Source: Nitrosopumilus sp.
Lineage (GTDB): Archaea > Thermoproteota > Nitrososphaeria > Nitrososphaerales > Nitrosopumilaceae
NCBI GenBank assembly: GCA_965203315.1
Contig: CBDBCE010000004.1
Coordinates: forward strand, 192,001 to 256,000
Length of the DNA: 64,000 bases
Direction of reading: 5' to 3'
The position numbers and the translations under genes were made by a program. The notes beneath the pieces were generated by a model that saw only the letters and a program-made list of their open reading frames with translations, was not told the origin of the DNA and did no database searches. Shown here one piece after another: positions 53,646 through 64,000 of the stretch (within the stretch, counting starts at the first letter, position 1; every line of letters begins with the position of its first letter).

Positions 53646-54495
53646 CGTAAGGACCCCACCAATATGCAGGCCAAGAATAAATTAGCACTTCAGGATTAGG
53701 TTCTGGGCTTTGTGAGTTATAATAATATCCGTTTTCGCCTTTATATATAAAAGCTTGACTTCGCATCTCATTATTGCTACAACCATGATATGTCGTACCT
53801 TTAGCATAATCCATACCGTATGAAAATGTAGCATATAATGCAACTACGTGGTATCCATTAGAGACTAGTAATGATTTTACTTTAACTAGTGAAGTGTAAT
53901 CGATACTAGCAACTATGGGAGGGGATGTATGAGGATCATTGAATCCTCCACCGCATGCAGTATCTGGTGCACCGTGATGTATAGGAACAATACTATCTAT
54001 ACCAAAAACAGTCACAATTGGTGTTTGTAAATAGTCATAGTACGCTGGAGTTATATCGTTTGTAGAACCGATTGCAAAATTGGTAAATAGTGCCTTAAAC
54101 TTTCCAGACTGAAACTCTTGTAAAGCACGTTCGAGTTCTACGTTGCTTGTTCCTAATTCATTTACCTTACCCACTGAACCAACTGTTGCGTTCATTATTG
54201 CATTATTATGTATTGCAAAATCTAACGCAACGTCAATGTCTTTTTGTGTTATTTTAGGATCTTTTATTGCAGATGTGTCAAATTCGATGTTCTTATTTTC
54301 TTCATATATGACAAAAGGTTCCATGACTCTGAATGCATGATTGATCTCTTGTAATGTATAATCTTGCAGTATATCGTCTAATTCCTCTGTTTGTGTTTGA
54401 TTAGATACGCCCGTATCGATGTTTTGTGCCAATACTGTGCCGGGCACTAAGAGTATGGCGAACAGACGTGATGTAGTAATTTGTACCTTGTTCAT
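53620..54495 (-). CDS. Secreted hypothetical protein
   Basis: Signal peptide ending VLA-Q, acidic N-half, aromatic C-terminus SPEPNPE...WPAYWWGPYV. Confidence 0.75.
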   Translation of the reverse strand: MNKVQITTSRLFAILLVPGTVLAQNIDTGVSNQTQTEELDDILQDYTLQEINHAFRVMEPFVIYEENKNIEFDTSAIKDPKITQKDIDVALDFAIHNNAIMNATVGSVGKVNELGTSNVELERALQEFQSGKFKALFTNFAIGSTNDITPAYYDYLQTPIVTVFGIDSIVPIHHGAPDTACGGGFNDPHTSPPIVASIDYTSLVKVKSLLVSNGYHVVALYATFSYGMDYAKGTTYHGCSNNEMRSQAFIYKGENGYYYNSQSPEPNPEVLIYSWPAYWWGPYVALWHAKY

Positions 54496-54886
54496 GTTAT
54501 TAATTGTTGCATAACTTTTTTACTATATATGGAAGTCGTATCTATGATACGTAATGTTTTTATATGTGCCCTAGAAGAGTCGATTCTGTCCGCTTACTAA
54601 TCTTGATATATCTACCAATTATCAATAAATTTCGTAAACATTAGACGACTCAAGGTCTGATCGTAACATGTATTGCCACAACAAACCACAAAGATCATAT
54701 GCTACTAATCCTTCTACAAAACAACTGTGATCTGCATTCGTTTTAGTTAAGGGAGACAAGGATCTACGAGTGAAATATTCGCCTCAAACTCGACCCACAG
54801 TCAGGACACTTTCTCTCGCCATGAATCAACTCACACGACACACAACAGAACTCGATTGGCGATTTGTTAGTATTAGGGGTATTCGA

Positions 54887-54964
54887 AGATCTTTTCAATT
54901 TACATGAGATGGCATCTCGCAAGGTTTTCTGTACCGATTCACTCCACGTAAACCGAAAAGATCC
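54887..54964. repeat. Short IS6-derived MITE
   Basis: AGATCTTTTCAATTTACATGAGAT ... CCACGTAAACCGAAAAGATCC. Confidence 0.75.
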
Positions 54965-55121
54965 AGTCTAGATCAATATATTGAAAATTCGAGCTAGTGT
55001 ATGAACGTTATCTATATCGCAGAATATCTATGTTGTGCTGTTTCTGGGCTAAAAACGGCATGGATGTCATACATAAAGTATTTATGTATTATGCGGTAAA
55101 TGTCTTTGGTGCAATTAGAAA

Positions 55122-55526
55122 ATGACTAGTGTTGAGCTAAAAAAGCCTGAAAAATCAGAAATAAGTGAGGTGTTGGCCAACAACAAACATCTACTAGACA
55201 CAACGAATAAAATACAAATTACAGTGGGAGTAGATCAAAGCCGAAAACCAAACATGGATAAAATAAAACCAAAAGTTATCGAAGCGTTTGATCTTGACTT
55301 CATAAAACAAGTATGTTATGAAAATAATGTCAATTATGATACTATAAAACTGCTTGTAATTTACGAACATGATGATGACGAGATTGCTGTAGATGCAATA
55401 TTTGATCAATTTCATAAATTAAATAAACAATTCCTAGACTTGAATATAGAGATGGCTTGGTATAACACATCTGAAATTAAATCTAGTGATCTAAATAACA
55501 CCACTATGATTTTTAAGAGAGACTAG
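55122..55526 (+). CDS. Putative antitoxin (MNT-like), paralog 3
   Basis: DFIKQVCYENN...IKLLVIYEHDD. Confidence 0.65.
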   Translation: MTSVELKKPEKSEISEVLANNKHLLDTTNKIQITVGVDQSRKPNMDKIKPKVIEAFDLDFIKQVCYENNVNYDTIKLLVIYEHDDDEIAVDAIFDQFHKLNKQFLDLNIEMAWYNTSEIKSSDLNNTTMIFKRD

Positions 55527-55531
55527 TACTC

Positions 55532-55867
55532 ATGACATGGCACTACAAAAAATATAGACACAACAAGAAATTATTTGATTATCTACACAAAAATACATCG
55601 AATTTTTGTGACTGGGAAGTAATTACATTGTTTTATTCAGCGTTGCATCTAATCAACGACTACTTTACAAAAAATGGACCTAACGTTCCTATAAATCACA
55701 GCACTAGAAATATAATGATAAAGCAACATCTTTCAGATATAACAGATGAATATTATACTCTATACTTACTAGGTAGACATGCACGATATAACCGATTCAA
55801 AATAACTGAAAAGCGTAGAGATATAGCATTAAATGCTTTCTTAACCTTAGAATCAAAAATTAGATAG
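55532..55867 (+). CDS. HEPN-like toxin (intact)
   Basis: DWEVITLFYSALHL...NHSTR...GRHARY, all-helical, 111 aa. Confidence 0.7.
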   Translation: MTWHYKKYRHNKKLFDYLHKNTSNFCDWEVITLFYSALHLINDYFTKNGPNVPINHSTRNIMIKQHLSDITDEYYTLYLLGRHARYNRFKITEKRRDIALNAFLTLESKIR

Positions 55868-55888
55868 TATGCCTAGTTCCAAGTCGCA

Positions 55889-56037
55889 GGATCTTTTTGA
55901 TTCCGGTGGAATGGCACTTTGCAAGGTTTTCTAATTTTCCTTTATAGATCTTGTAGTGGATCTTTTCGGTTTACGTGGAGTGAATCGGTACAGAAAAAGC
56001 CTTGCGAAATACCATCCCACGTAAATCGAAAAGATCC
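55889..56037. repeat. Tandem/nested IS6-derived MITEs
   Basis: Left ends at 55889 and 55958; right end ATCCCACGTAAATCGAAAAGATCC at 56037. Confidence 0.75.
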
Positions 56038-56901
56038 CTTTGTACTATTATTTCGCTTTAAATTCAATTCTACACATTACAGTATGATGTCAAGGGTTCT
56101 GTTAACATGACGGCGGTTGGCATTTTCTGCACAAAATTTTCGAAAAATTTTGCAAAATATAGAAACGACACCATATCGGCTATCGTAAATTACTATTGTG
56201 AGTCTCATGTTGTGCGTTCTTTGAGATAACGTCATCACGATCTTGACCACTGTCAATTGAACAGAACCGATTATTAGAATTTATATATATTCATAACCGA
56301 ATTTCTCTTTCTTGTGATAATCTTTCATGTTTCCTGAGTCTATCTCTCGTGTACCTGTGATGCTACGCTGTCGCGGATTTTCCAAAATGAATTTTTTTAT
56401 TTTACGTTCTATAACTTTCATGGGATGTTTTCGATTTACGTTGGATGGTTTTTTAGACGACTTTTTCCTAAAACTACCCAACACTTCAAAAATAAAACAA
56501 TTGTGTGATATTTACTAGATTTCTATTTGTAATTTAGTATATGATAGAAAACTTTAAATGAATAAAATATTTTTAACTAAAAAATTAACTTTTTTTAAAA
56601 AAAGTGGTATATACTAGTATATTTCTACTACACATGTGAAGCAAAATCTAGAGCAAATCTGCATGTCTGATGCTACAAAAGAGTATTTGGAAATGTGCAA
56701 GTGTGTCAAAAAAGTACAAGATAACCACTACAAAGTCAAGATTCAAACAGGAGATGAAACATACGATGTTATGGGTGAACCAGGAAATTGGTTTTGCACT
56801 TGTAAAGGCTACAAGTTTGGAAAAAAGAGATGCAAACATGTCAAAATGGTTGATATCGTAGTGGAGGTTGGGACAAAAACAAAAGAAACTACGCTAGAGT
56901 C

Positions 56902-58393
56902 AGCCCTGTCGGATAAATAGGCGTAAAATGGAGAAAAGTGGCATCATGGAGACGATATCACCCCCAATGTTGTAGAGATCGGGCTCAATTTGAGTCAGAT
57001 TGGCTGAATTATGGATGTGTGTTTGCCTTGATAAGAAAATTTTGCCCAAACAATCTACTCATTAGATCTAATTTATTTACGCAAATTATTAATGTTACTT
57101 GATTACCATAGTTATAAAATAAAACTGTCAACAGTTGACAATGACGATTCATTCGATGGTACTTGTTAATCAAGTGGTCAAGGCAGCAAAGAAAGCGACG
57201 AAAAAACGTGCCAAGAAAATTGAAAAGAAATTAGGCTGTTCTGGAATAGGACGAAAGCTCACCAAAGCTACAAAACAAATTATGTACGTTATGAGTGCAG
57301 ATCCAGAGAAATGGCGTAAAGATTTGAAAAAAGAGAACAAGAAAAAGGGTAGGGGTAGACCTCACAAATATCCTGAATCATTGTTTGAGAAATTGGCAAT
57401 GGTACAAGAGTATTTTGATTTGACATATAGAGACTTGGAAGGATTTGCGTTAGAATGTTATGGAAAAGAATTTGCTCCAGATCATGATACGCTACAAGCA
57501 AGAATTTCTAATATGAAAGTAGATACAAGAAAACATATTAAACTTGAATCTGCGAAAATTACACTAGCAATCGACAGTTCAGGCCTGGTACAACATGCAG
57601 GTGGATTTTGGATTGAACATAAACACCATGTTGAGAAGAAAGGATTTGTAAAATTACACATTTGTATAGACGTAAAAACGCTAAAAATTCTAGAGTTTTC
57701 AGTAACTACAGATGAAGTTCATGACAATTCACAGCTACAAAAACTGGTAGGTGATTCAATAGCACAGATCAAAGATTATAATGATATTGAAGAGCTTTTA
57801 GCAGAGCTCTTGGCAGATGGTGCGTATGACGCAAATGATAATCATGTATTTTGCAAGGAAAATAACATCATAAATAAAATCAAAGTAAGAATAAGTTCGG
57901 TTATTGGTGATTGTGAAGAAAGAAACAAGGCGGTTATTGCACAGCTCTTAAATAACAAAAACATGGATTTGAGTGAATTAACTAAAGAACAAAAACTCGA
58001 AAATCGTGCAAAATGGAAGAAACGAGTAGGATACGGTAAACGTTCGCTAGTAGAAACAGTATTTTCGATGTTCAAAAATCTGTTTGGTGAACATGTTCGA
58101 TCAAGAAAATGGGAAAATATTGTTCAAGAGTTACGTTTGCGAGTTGCAACGTATAATCATTTGATAGATTTAGCTGCATAACTAGAAATTAATACTTCAA
58201 CAAAGTATTGATTTACAACTCTGTTATCTTGCATGAATTGTTGTTTGTGAATCATCAAATCATGACATAGCTAAAACGACTATCACTGCATGCAAATATA
58301 CGATCGGCTTGAGATGAGGTCTCGTAGTCCGATCTTGACGTCCAATATCCAGTAAATTTGCCACTTTTAGTGATTTTATTATCCGACAGGGCT
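56902..58393 (+). mobile_element. IS5-family insertion sequence
   Basis: 15-bp perfect TIR AGCCCTGTCGGATAA; TSD CTAGAGTC(A), 8-9 bp. Confidence 0.92.
57135..58181 (+). CDS. IS5-family transposase (IS903/ISH1-like)
   Basis: RGRPHKY, LTYRDLEGF, AIDSSG, KLHI, ADGAYD, GYGKRSLVETVFS.FK. Confidence 0.92.
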   Translation: MTMTIHSMVLVNQVVKAAKKATKKRAKKIEKKLGCSGIGRKLTKATKQIMYVMSADPEKWRKDLKKENKKKGRGRPHKYPESLFEKLAMVQEYFDLTYRDLEGFALECYGKEFAPDHDTLQARISNMKVDTRKHIKLESAKITLAIDSSGLVQHAGGFWIEHKHHVEKKGFVKLHICIDVKTLKILEFSVTTDEVHDNSQLQKLVGDSIAQIKDYNDIEELLAELLADGAYDANDNHVFCKENNIINKIKVRISSVIGDCEERNKAVIAQLLNNKNMDLSELTKEQKLENRAKWKKRVGYGKRSLVETVFSMFKNLFGEHVRSRKWENIVQELRLRVATYNHLIDLAA

Positions 58394-60338
58394 CTAGAGT
58401 CACTAAATGATGGCAAGATTTGTTGTAAACATTGTGGCACACTAGAGACTGTAAAAAATGGCATCAGACCTAACAAAAATTATGATAATCAAAAATATTA
58501 CTGCAAGATATGCGAGGTATCGTTTTCTGGAAATGTGGGATTTGAGGGACTAGCCGCGTCACCAGAGCATGTAACTGATGCAATACATTTACATCTTACA
58601 GGATCTAGCTTGAGTGAAGTCGTACAATTTTTGGCAAAGAAAGGTGTCAAAGTTGGGTGTACCACCATTCACGACTGGACTGTAAGATACGTCAAATTGA
58701 TGGATGAGTACATTTCAACACTCGCACCTCAAATTGGTGAGATATATCATGCTGATGAAGTGTGGTTCGAGATCAATGGCAAACTGCATTATCTCTTTGC
58801 GATGCTGGATCGTAAAACAAGGTTTTGGCTAGGCAGTCAAGTTGGCAAGAAGAAAAATAAAGCACAAGTCAATAAATTATTTAAAGAAGCAGAAAAGATT
58901 GCACAAAAAACACCATCTGTGCTGATAACTGATGGCGCAGCTTGTTATGAAGCATCGTTTAAGAAGATATTTGCAAAAGCAAAATCAGGCAAGTCATCTA
59001 TTCACATTAGAGAAATTCACATGGCAGGTGATCATGTACACAACAATGAGATTGAGAGTTTTAATGGAAAGTTTAGACATGTTGAACAAAAAATCAAAGG
59101 CTTCAAAAATGCTTTTCTTATTAGTGGAATTAGAATACATTACAATTACATTAGACCACATATGGGTTTAAACAGTGACACACCAGCCGACAGAGCTGGA
59201 ATTATCATAAAAGGAGCAAATAAATGGCGCACATTAATACTGAACGCAGTGAAAACTCTGTATAATTTTAAATTTGTCTAGTAAATTCTAACAGAATTAA
59301 ATAACAAGTGTTTTTTTAATTGACATTTTAATACAAAGTTTGAATATTTCGCTTCAATAATTCCATCAAGTCTTGCAATGATGAGTCTGTAAAAAAATCC
59401 ATCCAACGTAAATCGAAAAGATCCCTTTCATGTTTCCAGTAGGGGGTCTAGTATCTGATTTAACTATTTCGTCTATGTTCTTTTTCAACATCTTTATTGT
59501 TTTATCATGTAGGCACAAGCCAGAGTCCGAAATACATGCTCGTAAAAGTGTGTCATCGCTAACAACCCTTCGACCACATTCCTCTAACCAACTAAAGTAT
59601 TTTTGAGTGAATACTTTTATCATTTCTATCTCTGGCTTTGTACGCATATCTGTCGCGATCTCTACTATTCTATATCTAAAATGATGATGAGAATCCCATG
59701 CTAGTCCTTCATCGTCAGTCCAATAGTCTTCTGCATGTTCAAGGTCATATTCATTTGCATTAACATTGCGCTCATCAACATATTCACTCAATCTTTTAGC
59801 AATCTTGTTGGGGTCTTCTTTACGCAGTTCAGTGTACGAACAACTCTCGTCGTCTTCATGTTTACAAGGTTTCACTCTAGGCTAGACTTGGTACTATACA
59901 CATTATTAGTATTTCGTCACTATTCTAGTGGATATTGTGACAATTACACAAACTCTGGAAACTAACAATAAACCCAAAAAACATACATTTATGATCTAGA
60001 AAATACTTTTAGCTATTCGGTGGGTGGACTTGGTCAATATGACAATCTCGCAGATATAATCAATTTAATATGAGGCCAAGATTTGTGCTAATTAATAATA
60101 CCATTAAATCAAAAATCTTCCAATTTCACAACTGTTGAGTCAATACCTGTCTCTAACTCATGTCTACAACTACACGTTGTGGTATGTTTAGCATGTTTGA
60201 TGAAAATTTGACCACATATCTACTGATCCGATATTTGACCAAGTTAATCTGTGGATTGGTGACTATCTCACCTCTGTCTTTTAAACTAGCCTGTCCTGAT
60301 CTGTAAGCATAAATACCACTCACCGTTGATTGTGATCT

Positions 60339-60950
60339 ATGTCAAAACTCGTAATGTCGTATCCGGGATATGTCTGTGCACCATATCTGCATAACCATGA
60401 CTCTGTTGAGTTAAAGGAGACATGGCTCAAGTCTACAAATATAAAAAAACTGTTCTTTGTGACGGGAACATTCTCTAATGAGAGCAAGCCGTTCTTTACT
60501 GCGTCTGCTAATCACTATCTCCTTGCAAAATTTAAAGACAATGCCAAGATTGTCAAAGATCTAGACAGATACAATCAAAGCAAGATGACGTTTGTATTTG
60601 ATATACGTGATGAACTCTTTGAGCGTCAAGTACAAGGCAATGCCAATCTTATCTCTATGTACTATTTGGATTATGGGACAAAAGATGATGATCTAAATGA
60701 GATTGCCAACCTCTTACTAAAACGAGAAAAGATAGCTAGGGCGGGATTTGGTAGCCTGAGTACATTTTGTACTGTTCCTTCTAAATTCACATTTCCTTAT
60801 ACTGACAATGTGGTTGTAATAGAGGTCGTTGGAGAGAAGGGCTATCCTAGTGTCAACAAGTACTGTGAACAGACTCGCAGAGATGCAAATCGAAAGGGAC
60901 TAACCATGACAAATATGTTGAGCTTGTCACTCTTGGATCATCTAAAATGA
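60339..60950 (+). CDS. Hypothetical protein
   Basis: 203-aa ORF leading the eIF5A gene cluster. Confidence 0.75.
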   Translation: MSKLVMSYPGYVCAPYLHNHDSVELKETWLKSTNIKKLFFVTGTFSNESKPFFTASANHYLLAKFKDNAKIVKDLDRYNQSKMTFVFDIRDELFERQVQGNANLISMYYLDYGTKDDDLNEIANLLLKREKIARAGFGSLSTFCTVPSKFTFPYTDNVVVIEVVGEKGYPSVNKYCEQTRRDANRKGLTMTNMLSLSLLDHLK

Positions 60951-61017
60951 TCTATTCTGTTGGAGTGTCTGCGTCATCTTTCAAAGGGTTAAATATTCCA
61001 CTAGAGTCTGACTTGAC

Positions 61018-61428
61018 ATGAGCAAGCCCTCTGATCTAGGTTCATTAAAGATTGGTTCATACATACTATTACCTCACTCTGATCAACCTAGTGGCGAACC
61101 TTGTCGTATAGTTGAATATGATACATCAAAACCAGGCAAGCACGGTGCTGCAAAAGCTAGAATTGTTGCAGAAGGAATCTTTGATAAACAGAAACGTCCT
61201 CATGTAGGTCCTGTAAGTATGCAAGTTCATGTTCCGATGATCAACAAAAAGATGGGTCAGATCATCTCTATCAACGGTGACATAGTTCAGGTAATGGACT
61301 CTGAGACCTTTGAGACTATTGATATAACATTAATTGATGATGATGTACAAGGCAAGCTAGAGAACGGTCAAAATGTCGAATATTGGCTGGTCATGGATAA
61401 GACTAAAATTATGCGTATAAAGAACTAG
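61018..61428 (+). CDS. eif5a: Translation factor aIF5A
   Basis: Hypusine motif SKPGKHGAAK. Confidence 0.96.
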   Translation: MSKPSDLGSLKIGSYILLPHSDQPSGEPCRIVEYDTSKPGKHGAAKARIVAEGIFDKQKRPHVGPVSMQVHVPMINKKMGQIISINGDIVQVMDSETFETIDITLIDDDVQGKLENGQNVEYWLVMDKTKIMRIKN

Positions 61429-61432
61429 ATGC

Positions 61433-61497
61433 GGATGCTGATGATGACTGGAAAAGCCGTCTGAGTTTTGATGAAGATTATGAGTAATGAAGCATCC
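61433..61497 (+). ncRNA. C/D box guide sRNA (predicted tRNA-Met Cm34 guide)
   Basis: Terminal stem GGATGCT/AGCATCC; box C ATGATGA 61441, D' CTGA 61461, C' TGATGA 61469, D ATGA 61487; 12-13 nt guides. Confidence 0.8.
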
Positions 61498-61517
61498 CAA
61501 CCAGAGTCTGTTCTGCT

Positions 61518-62207
61518 ATGAAGTTGGCAGCCCTCTTTTCAGGCGGTAAAGACAGTACATATGCATTACATGTATCTAATAGTCTTGGACATCAAGTAAA
61601 GTGTCTATTGAGCATATCTCCCAAGTCTGACTCTAGCATGCTACTTCACTATCCTAACATAGATCTGACATCTATGCAGGCGAAACTCTTGAATATACCT
61701 CATCTGTATGCGTCATCTGACTCTGATGATACAGATGAACAGATCGCATCTCTAGAATCACTACTACTCCAAGCCAAGAGAGACTATGATGTTAAAGGTC
61801 TAGTCCATGGAGGAATAGCAAGCAGATTTCAACTATGTAACTTTGAGTCGGTCTGCTCTAAGATTGGACTAGAGGTACTATCTCCTCTATGGGGACTAGA
61901 TGCATATCAATACATGCACGATCTGATCACTGGAGGTTTTGTGTATATCATAACATCTGTATCTGCTGACGGCCTAGATCAACGATGGTTAGGTCGGGCA
62001 ATAACATTAGACGAACTTGATGATCTAGCAGTATTGTCCAAAAAGTTTGGGTTCAATCTAAACTTTGAGGGTGGTGAGGCAGAGACACTAGTGCTCTCAT
62101 GTCCTCTGTTTAATGGTAGTATCAGAGTATCTCACTCTCAGATATACTGGGATGGATACATAGGAAGGTTTGAAATATTGGACGCGTACACAACGTATGA
62201 TGCTTGA
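61518..62207 (+). CDS. Diphthine--ammonia ligase (Dph6-like PP-loop ATPase)
   Basis: ALFSGGKDS, SPLW, WLGR, EGGEAET. Confidence 0.9.
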   Translation: MKLAALFSGGKDSTYALHVSNSLGHQVKCLLSISPKSDSSMLLHYPNIDLTSMQAKLLNIPHLYASSDSDDTDEQIASLESLLLQAKRDYDVKGLVHGGIASRFQLCNFESVCSKIGLEVLSPLWGLDAYQYMHDLITGGFVYIITSVSADGLDQRWLGRAITLDELDDLAVLSKKFGFNLNFEGGEAETLVLSCPLFNGSIRVSHSQIYWDGYIGRFEILDAYTTYDA

Positions 62208-63525
62208 TCAACTAAAGAACAATCTGAGTGCTGCAATCAAACGTGTTGTAAAGTCTTCCGGCGTTGATGAAGAACTCGTAAAAGATCTAGCACATGATGT
62301 CCAGTCGGCATTGTTACGTTCTGATGTAGATGTGATGTTGGTGTCAACGATATCAAAGAATCTGACACATAGAGCCCTAAACGAGAAACTTCCTCCAGGC
62401 TTGTCTAGAAAGGATCACATAGTCAAGATCCTATACGACGAACTCACAAAGCTCTTGGGTACAGAGTCCAACTTTGAGTTCAAGCCAGGCAAGCAGAACA
62501 AGATAGTCCTACTCGGAATTCAAGGAAGTGGCAAGACCACTGTTGCATCCAAACTTGCAAAGTTTCTGACTAGGCAGGGTTACGCTGTTGGGGTGATCGG
62601 CGCTGATACGTATAGGCCTGGAGCTCTAGTTCAACTACAGACAATGTGCGAGAGAGCAAAGGTTGAGGTATATGGTGAGCCGAACAGTAAAGATTCACCT
62701 GGAATAGTAAAGAATGGTCTCGCTCACTTTGCAGATGAGCCACTAGACGTAATCTTGATCGATACAGCTGGGAGGCACAAACAAGAGCAAGACTTGCTTG
62801 ACGAGATGCAAAAGATCGATGCTGTAGCTGATCCAGATCTGGCCCTGCTTGTCATAGATGGAACGATAGGCCAAACATGTTTTAAACAAGCTGAAGCATT
62901 TCACAAGACGATACGTGTTGGTGGCATAGTCGTTACAAAGCTAGATAGTTCTGCCAACGGTGGAGGTGCTCTTGCTGCATCTGCTGCGACCGGAGCTCGC
63001 GTCATGTATATTGGAACTGGTGAACGAATAGACGATCTAGAAAAGTTCTCTCCTACTAGATTTGTAGGTAGACTACTTGGGATGGGTGATGTTCAAGCGA
63101 TTCTAGATCTAGCGAAGCGACTCGAAGATGAGAGTGATGATGTAAGGATGAAACGCATCATGCATGGCAAGATGAACATGGATGACTTTTTGTATCAGAT
63201 TGAAGAGATCACAAAGTCTGGATCGCTCCAGTCTATTCTTGAGAGTATGCCTGGTCTCTCTGGTATGGTAAAAGCAGATCAAACAGAACAGATGGAAGAT
63301 AACATATCAAAGTGGCGATACATAATTCAAAGCATGAACAATGACGAAAAGGCCAACCCTGATATCATCAATGCATCTAGAGTGAAACGTATCGCACGAG
63401 GATCCGGATGGTCTGAGAGTGATGTCAAGACTCTGCTACAGAGATACAAGTCTTCCAAAAAGATAATGAAGTCTGCCAAAGGACGTCAGATGCAAGGAGC
63501 ACTCAAACGAATGGGTCTGGGATGA
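62197..63525 (+). CDS. srp54: Signal recognition particle protein SRP54
   Basis: GIQGSGKTT, DTYRPGA, DTAGRH, TKLD, Met-rich M domain with RIARGSG. Confidence 0.96.
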   Translation: MMLDQLKNNLSAAIKRVVKSSGVDEELVKDLAHDVQSALLRSDVDVMLVSTISKNLTHRALNEKLPPGLSRKDHIVKILYDELTKLLGTESNFEFKPGKQNKIVLLGIQGSGKTTVASKLAKFLTRQGYAVGVIGADTYRPGALVQLQTMCERAKVEVYGEPNSKDSPGIVKNGLAHFADEPLDVILIDTAGRHKQEQDLLDEMQKIDAVADPDLALLVIDGTIGQTCFKQAEAFHKTIRVGGIVVTKLDSSANGGGALAASAATGARVMYIGTGERIDDLEKFSPTRFVGRLLGMGDVQAILDLAKRLEDESDDVRMKRIMHGKMNMDDFLYQIEEITKSGSLQSILESMPGLSGMVKADQTEQMEDNISKWRYIIQSMNNDEKANPDIINASRVKRIARGSGWSESDVKTLLQRYKSSKKIMKSAKGRQMQGALKRMGLG

Positions 63526-64000
63526 CTATACCCAATGATATAGTCTCTTTAGCAAAAGATATCCAAGATAGATATCCTCTCTGTGATCAATGTTTGGGTC
63601 GCCTGTTTGCAAAGAAACTGCACCGCAAGTCTAATCGTCTCTTGGGTCAAAGATTGCGTACACGACACGAGCGTTGCTACATATGTAGAGACACCTTTGA
63701 TAATCTGAACTACTATCTAGACATGATGATACGATCTTTGCAATCAATATCGTTCTCAACATTTAGTATAGGTACAATAATCAAACCATCATTTGCTGAT
63801 CGTGACGATCAAGTACGTTCCAAGTATCATCTACAAGGGATAGATAGTCTCAAGTCTGATATCACTGCGACCCTTGCAAAGTTCTTTGCAAGACGTACAA
63901 GAAAATGTCTAGATCTCTTGGACCCGGATATCACGATCACGATCAACCTCAAAACAACCAGTTGTGACGTCCGCTCCAAGTATGTTGTACTTGGGGGCGA
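63522..64000 (+). CDS. pus10: tRNA pseudouridine synthase Pus10 (partial, runs off window)
   Basis: Manual translation MTIPND...YPLCDQCLGRLF...CYIC...TFSIG; ATGA overlap with srp54. Confidence 0.8.
   Translation, partial: MTIPNDIVSLAKDIQDRYPLCDQCLGRLFAKKLHRKSNRLLGQRLRTRHERCYICRDTFDNLNYYLDMMIRSLQSISFSTFSIGTIIKPSFADRDDQVRSKYHLQGIDSLKSDITATLAKFFARRTRKCLDLLDPDITITINLKTTSCDVRSKYVVLGG

Larger units (their letters stand above)
56636..59281 (+). pseudogene. IS6-family transposase (~381 aa) with SWIM and Zn-ribbon N-terminus, split by IS5
   Basis: CTC...CKH SWIM, then TLES|LNDGKICCKHC, YHADE, LITDG, NNEIES, YNYIRPH. Confidence 0.88.
56423..59424 (+). mobile_element. IS6-family element (likely parent of the GGATCTTTTCG MITEs) with nested IS5
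   Basis: TIR GGAT(G/C)TTTTCGATTTACGTTGGATGG; 8-bp TSD CTTTCATG (56415-56422, 59425-59432). Confidence 0.92.
56281..59875 (-). pseudogene. Hypothetical ~194-aa protein split by IS6
   Basis: ORFs 59366..59875 and 56281..56484 join in frame at the TSD: ...PPTGNMK|VIERKIKK... Confidence 0.75.

Noticed and set aside
16510-59424. Integron attC or CRISPR interpretation of the GGATCTTTTCG palindromic repeats
   Set aside because: Their ends match the TIRs of a TSD-flanked IS6 and one copy has an 8-bp TSD, so they are MITEs; no integron integrase is present

Overview
AT-rich archaeal DNA, most likely from a Nitrosopumilaceae-type thaumarchaeon (inferred from cofD/cofC, CdvC/Vps4, carA/carB, aroA, eIF5A-Dph6-SRP54-Pus10, archaeal RNase P RNA and S-layer-like domains). 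The heavy IS/MITE load would fit a host-associated lineage. Core genes alternate with seven IS elements or remnants (ISL2/Harbinger-like, IS1595, 2x ISH3, IS110, IS66 remnant, IS6) plus an IS5 nested in the IS6. Several MITE families, toxin-antitoxin pairs, a type ISP restriction-modification gene and a ~3270-aa repetitive surface-protein gene broken by two ISs are also present. The top finding is a 21-nt stop-containing insertion in the invariant GE|FDYSG motif of carB. It folds into a bulge-helix-bulge-like splicing substrate whose canonical cut sites restore the frame exactly, making it a candidate mRNA intron in an essential gene. Other highlights: an IS110 inserted precisely in a MITE terminal repeat with target-matching segments in its 3' non-coding region (bridge/seekRNA candidate); a Leu-type tRNA with a GCC anticodon and a permuted upstream copy of its core; MITE-bracketed TA cassettes; a C/D box sRNA predicted to guide tRNA-Met Cm34; and simple-sequence tracts in two promoters. 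All calls were read by eye, with no database searches.
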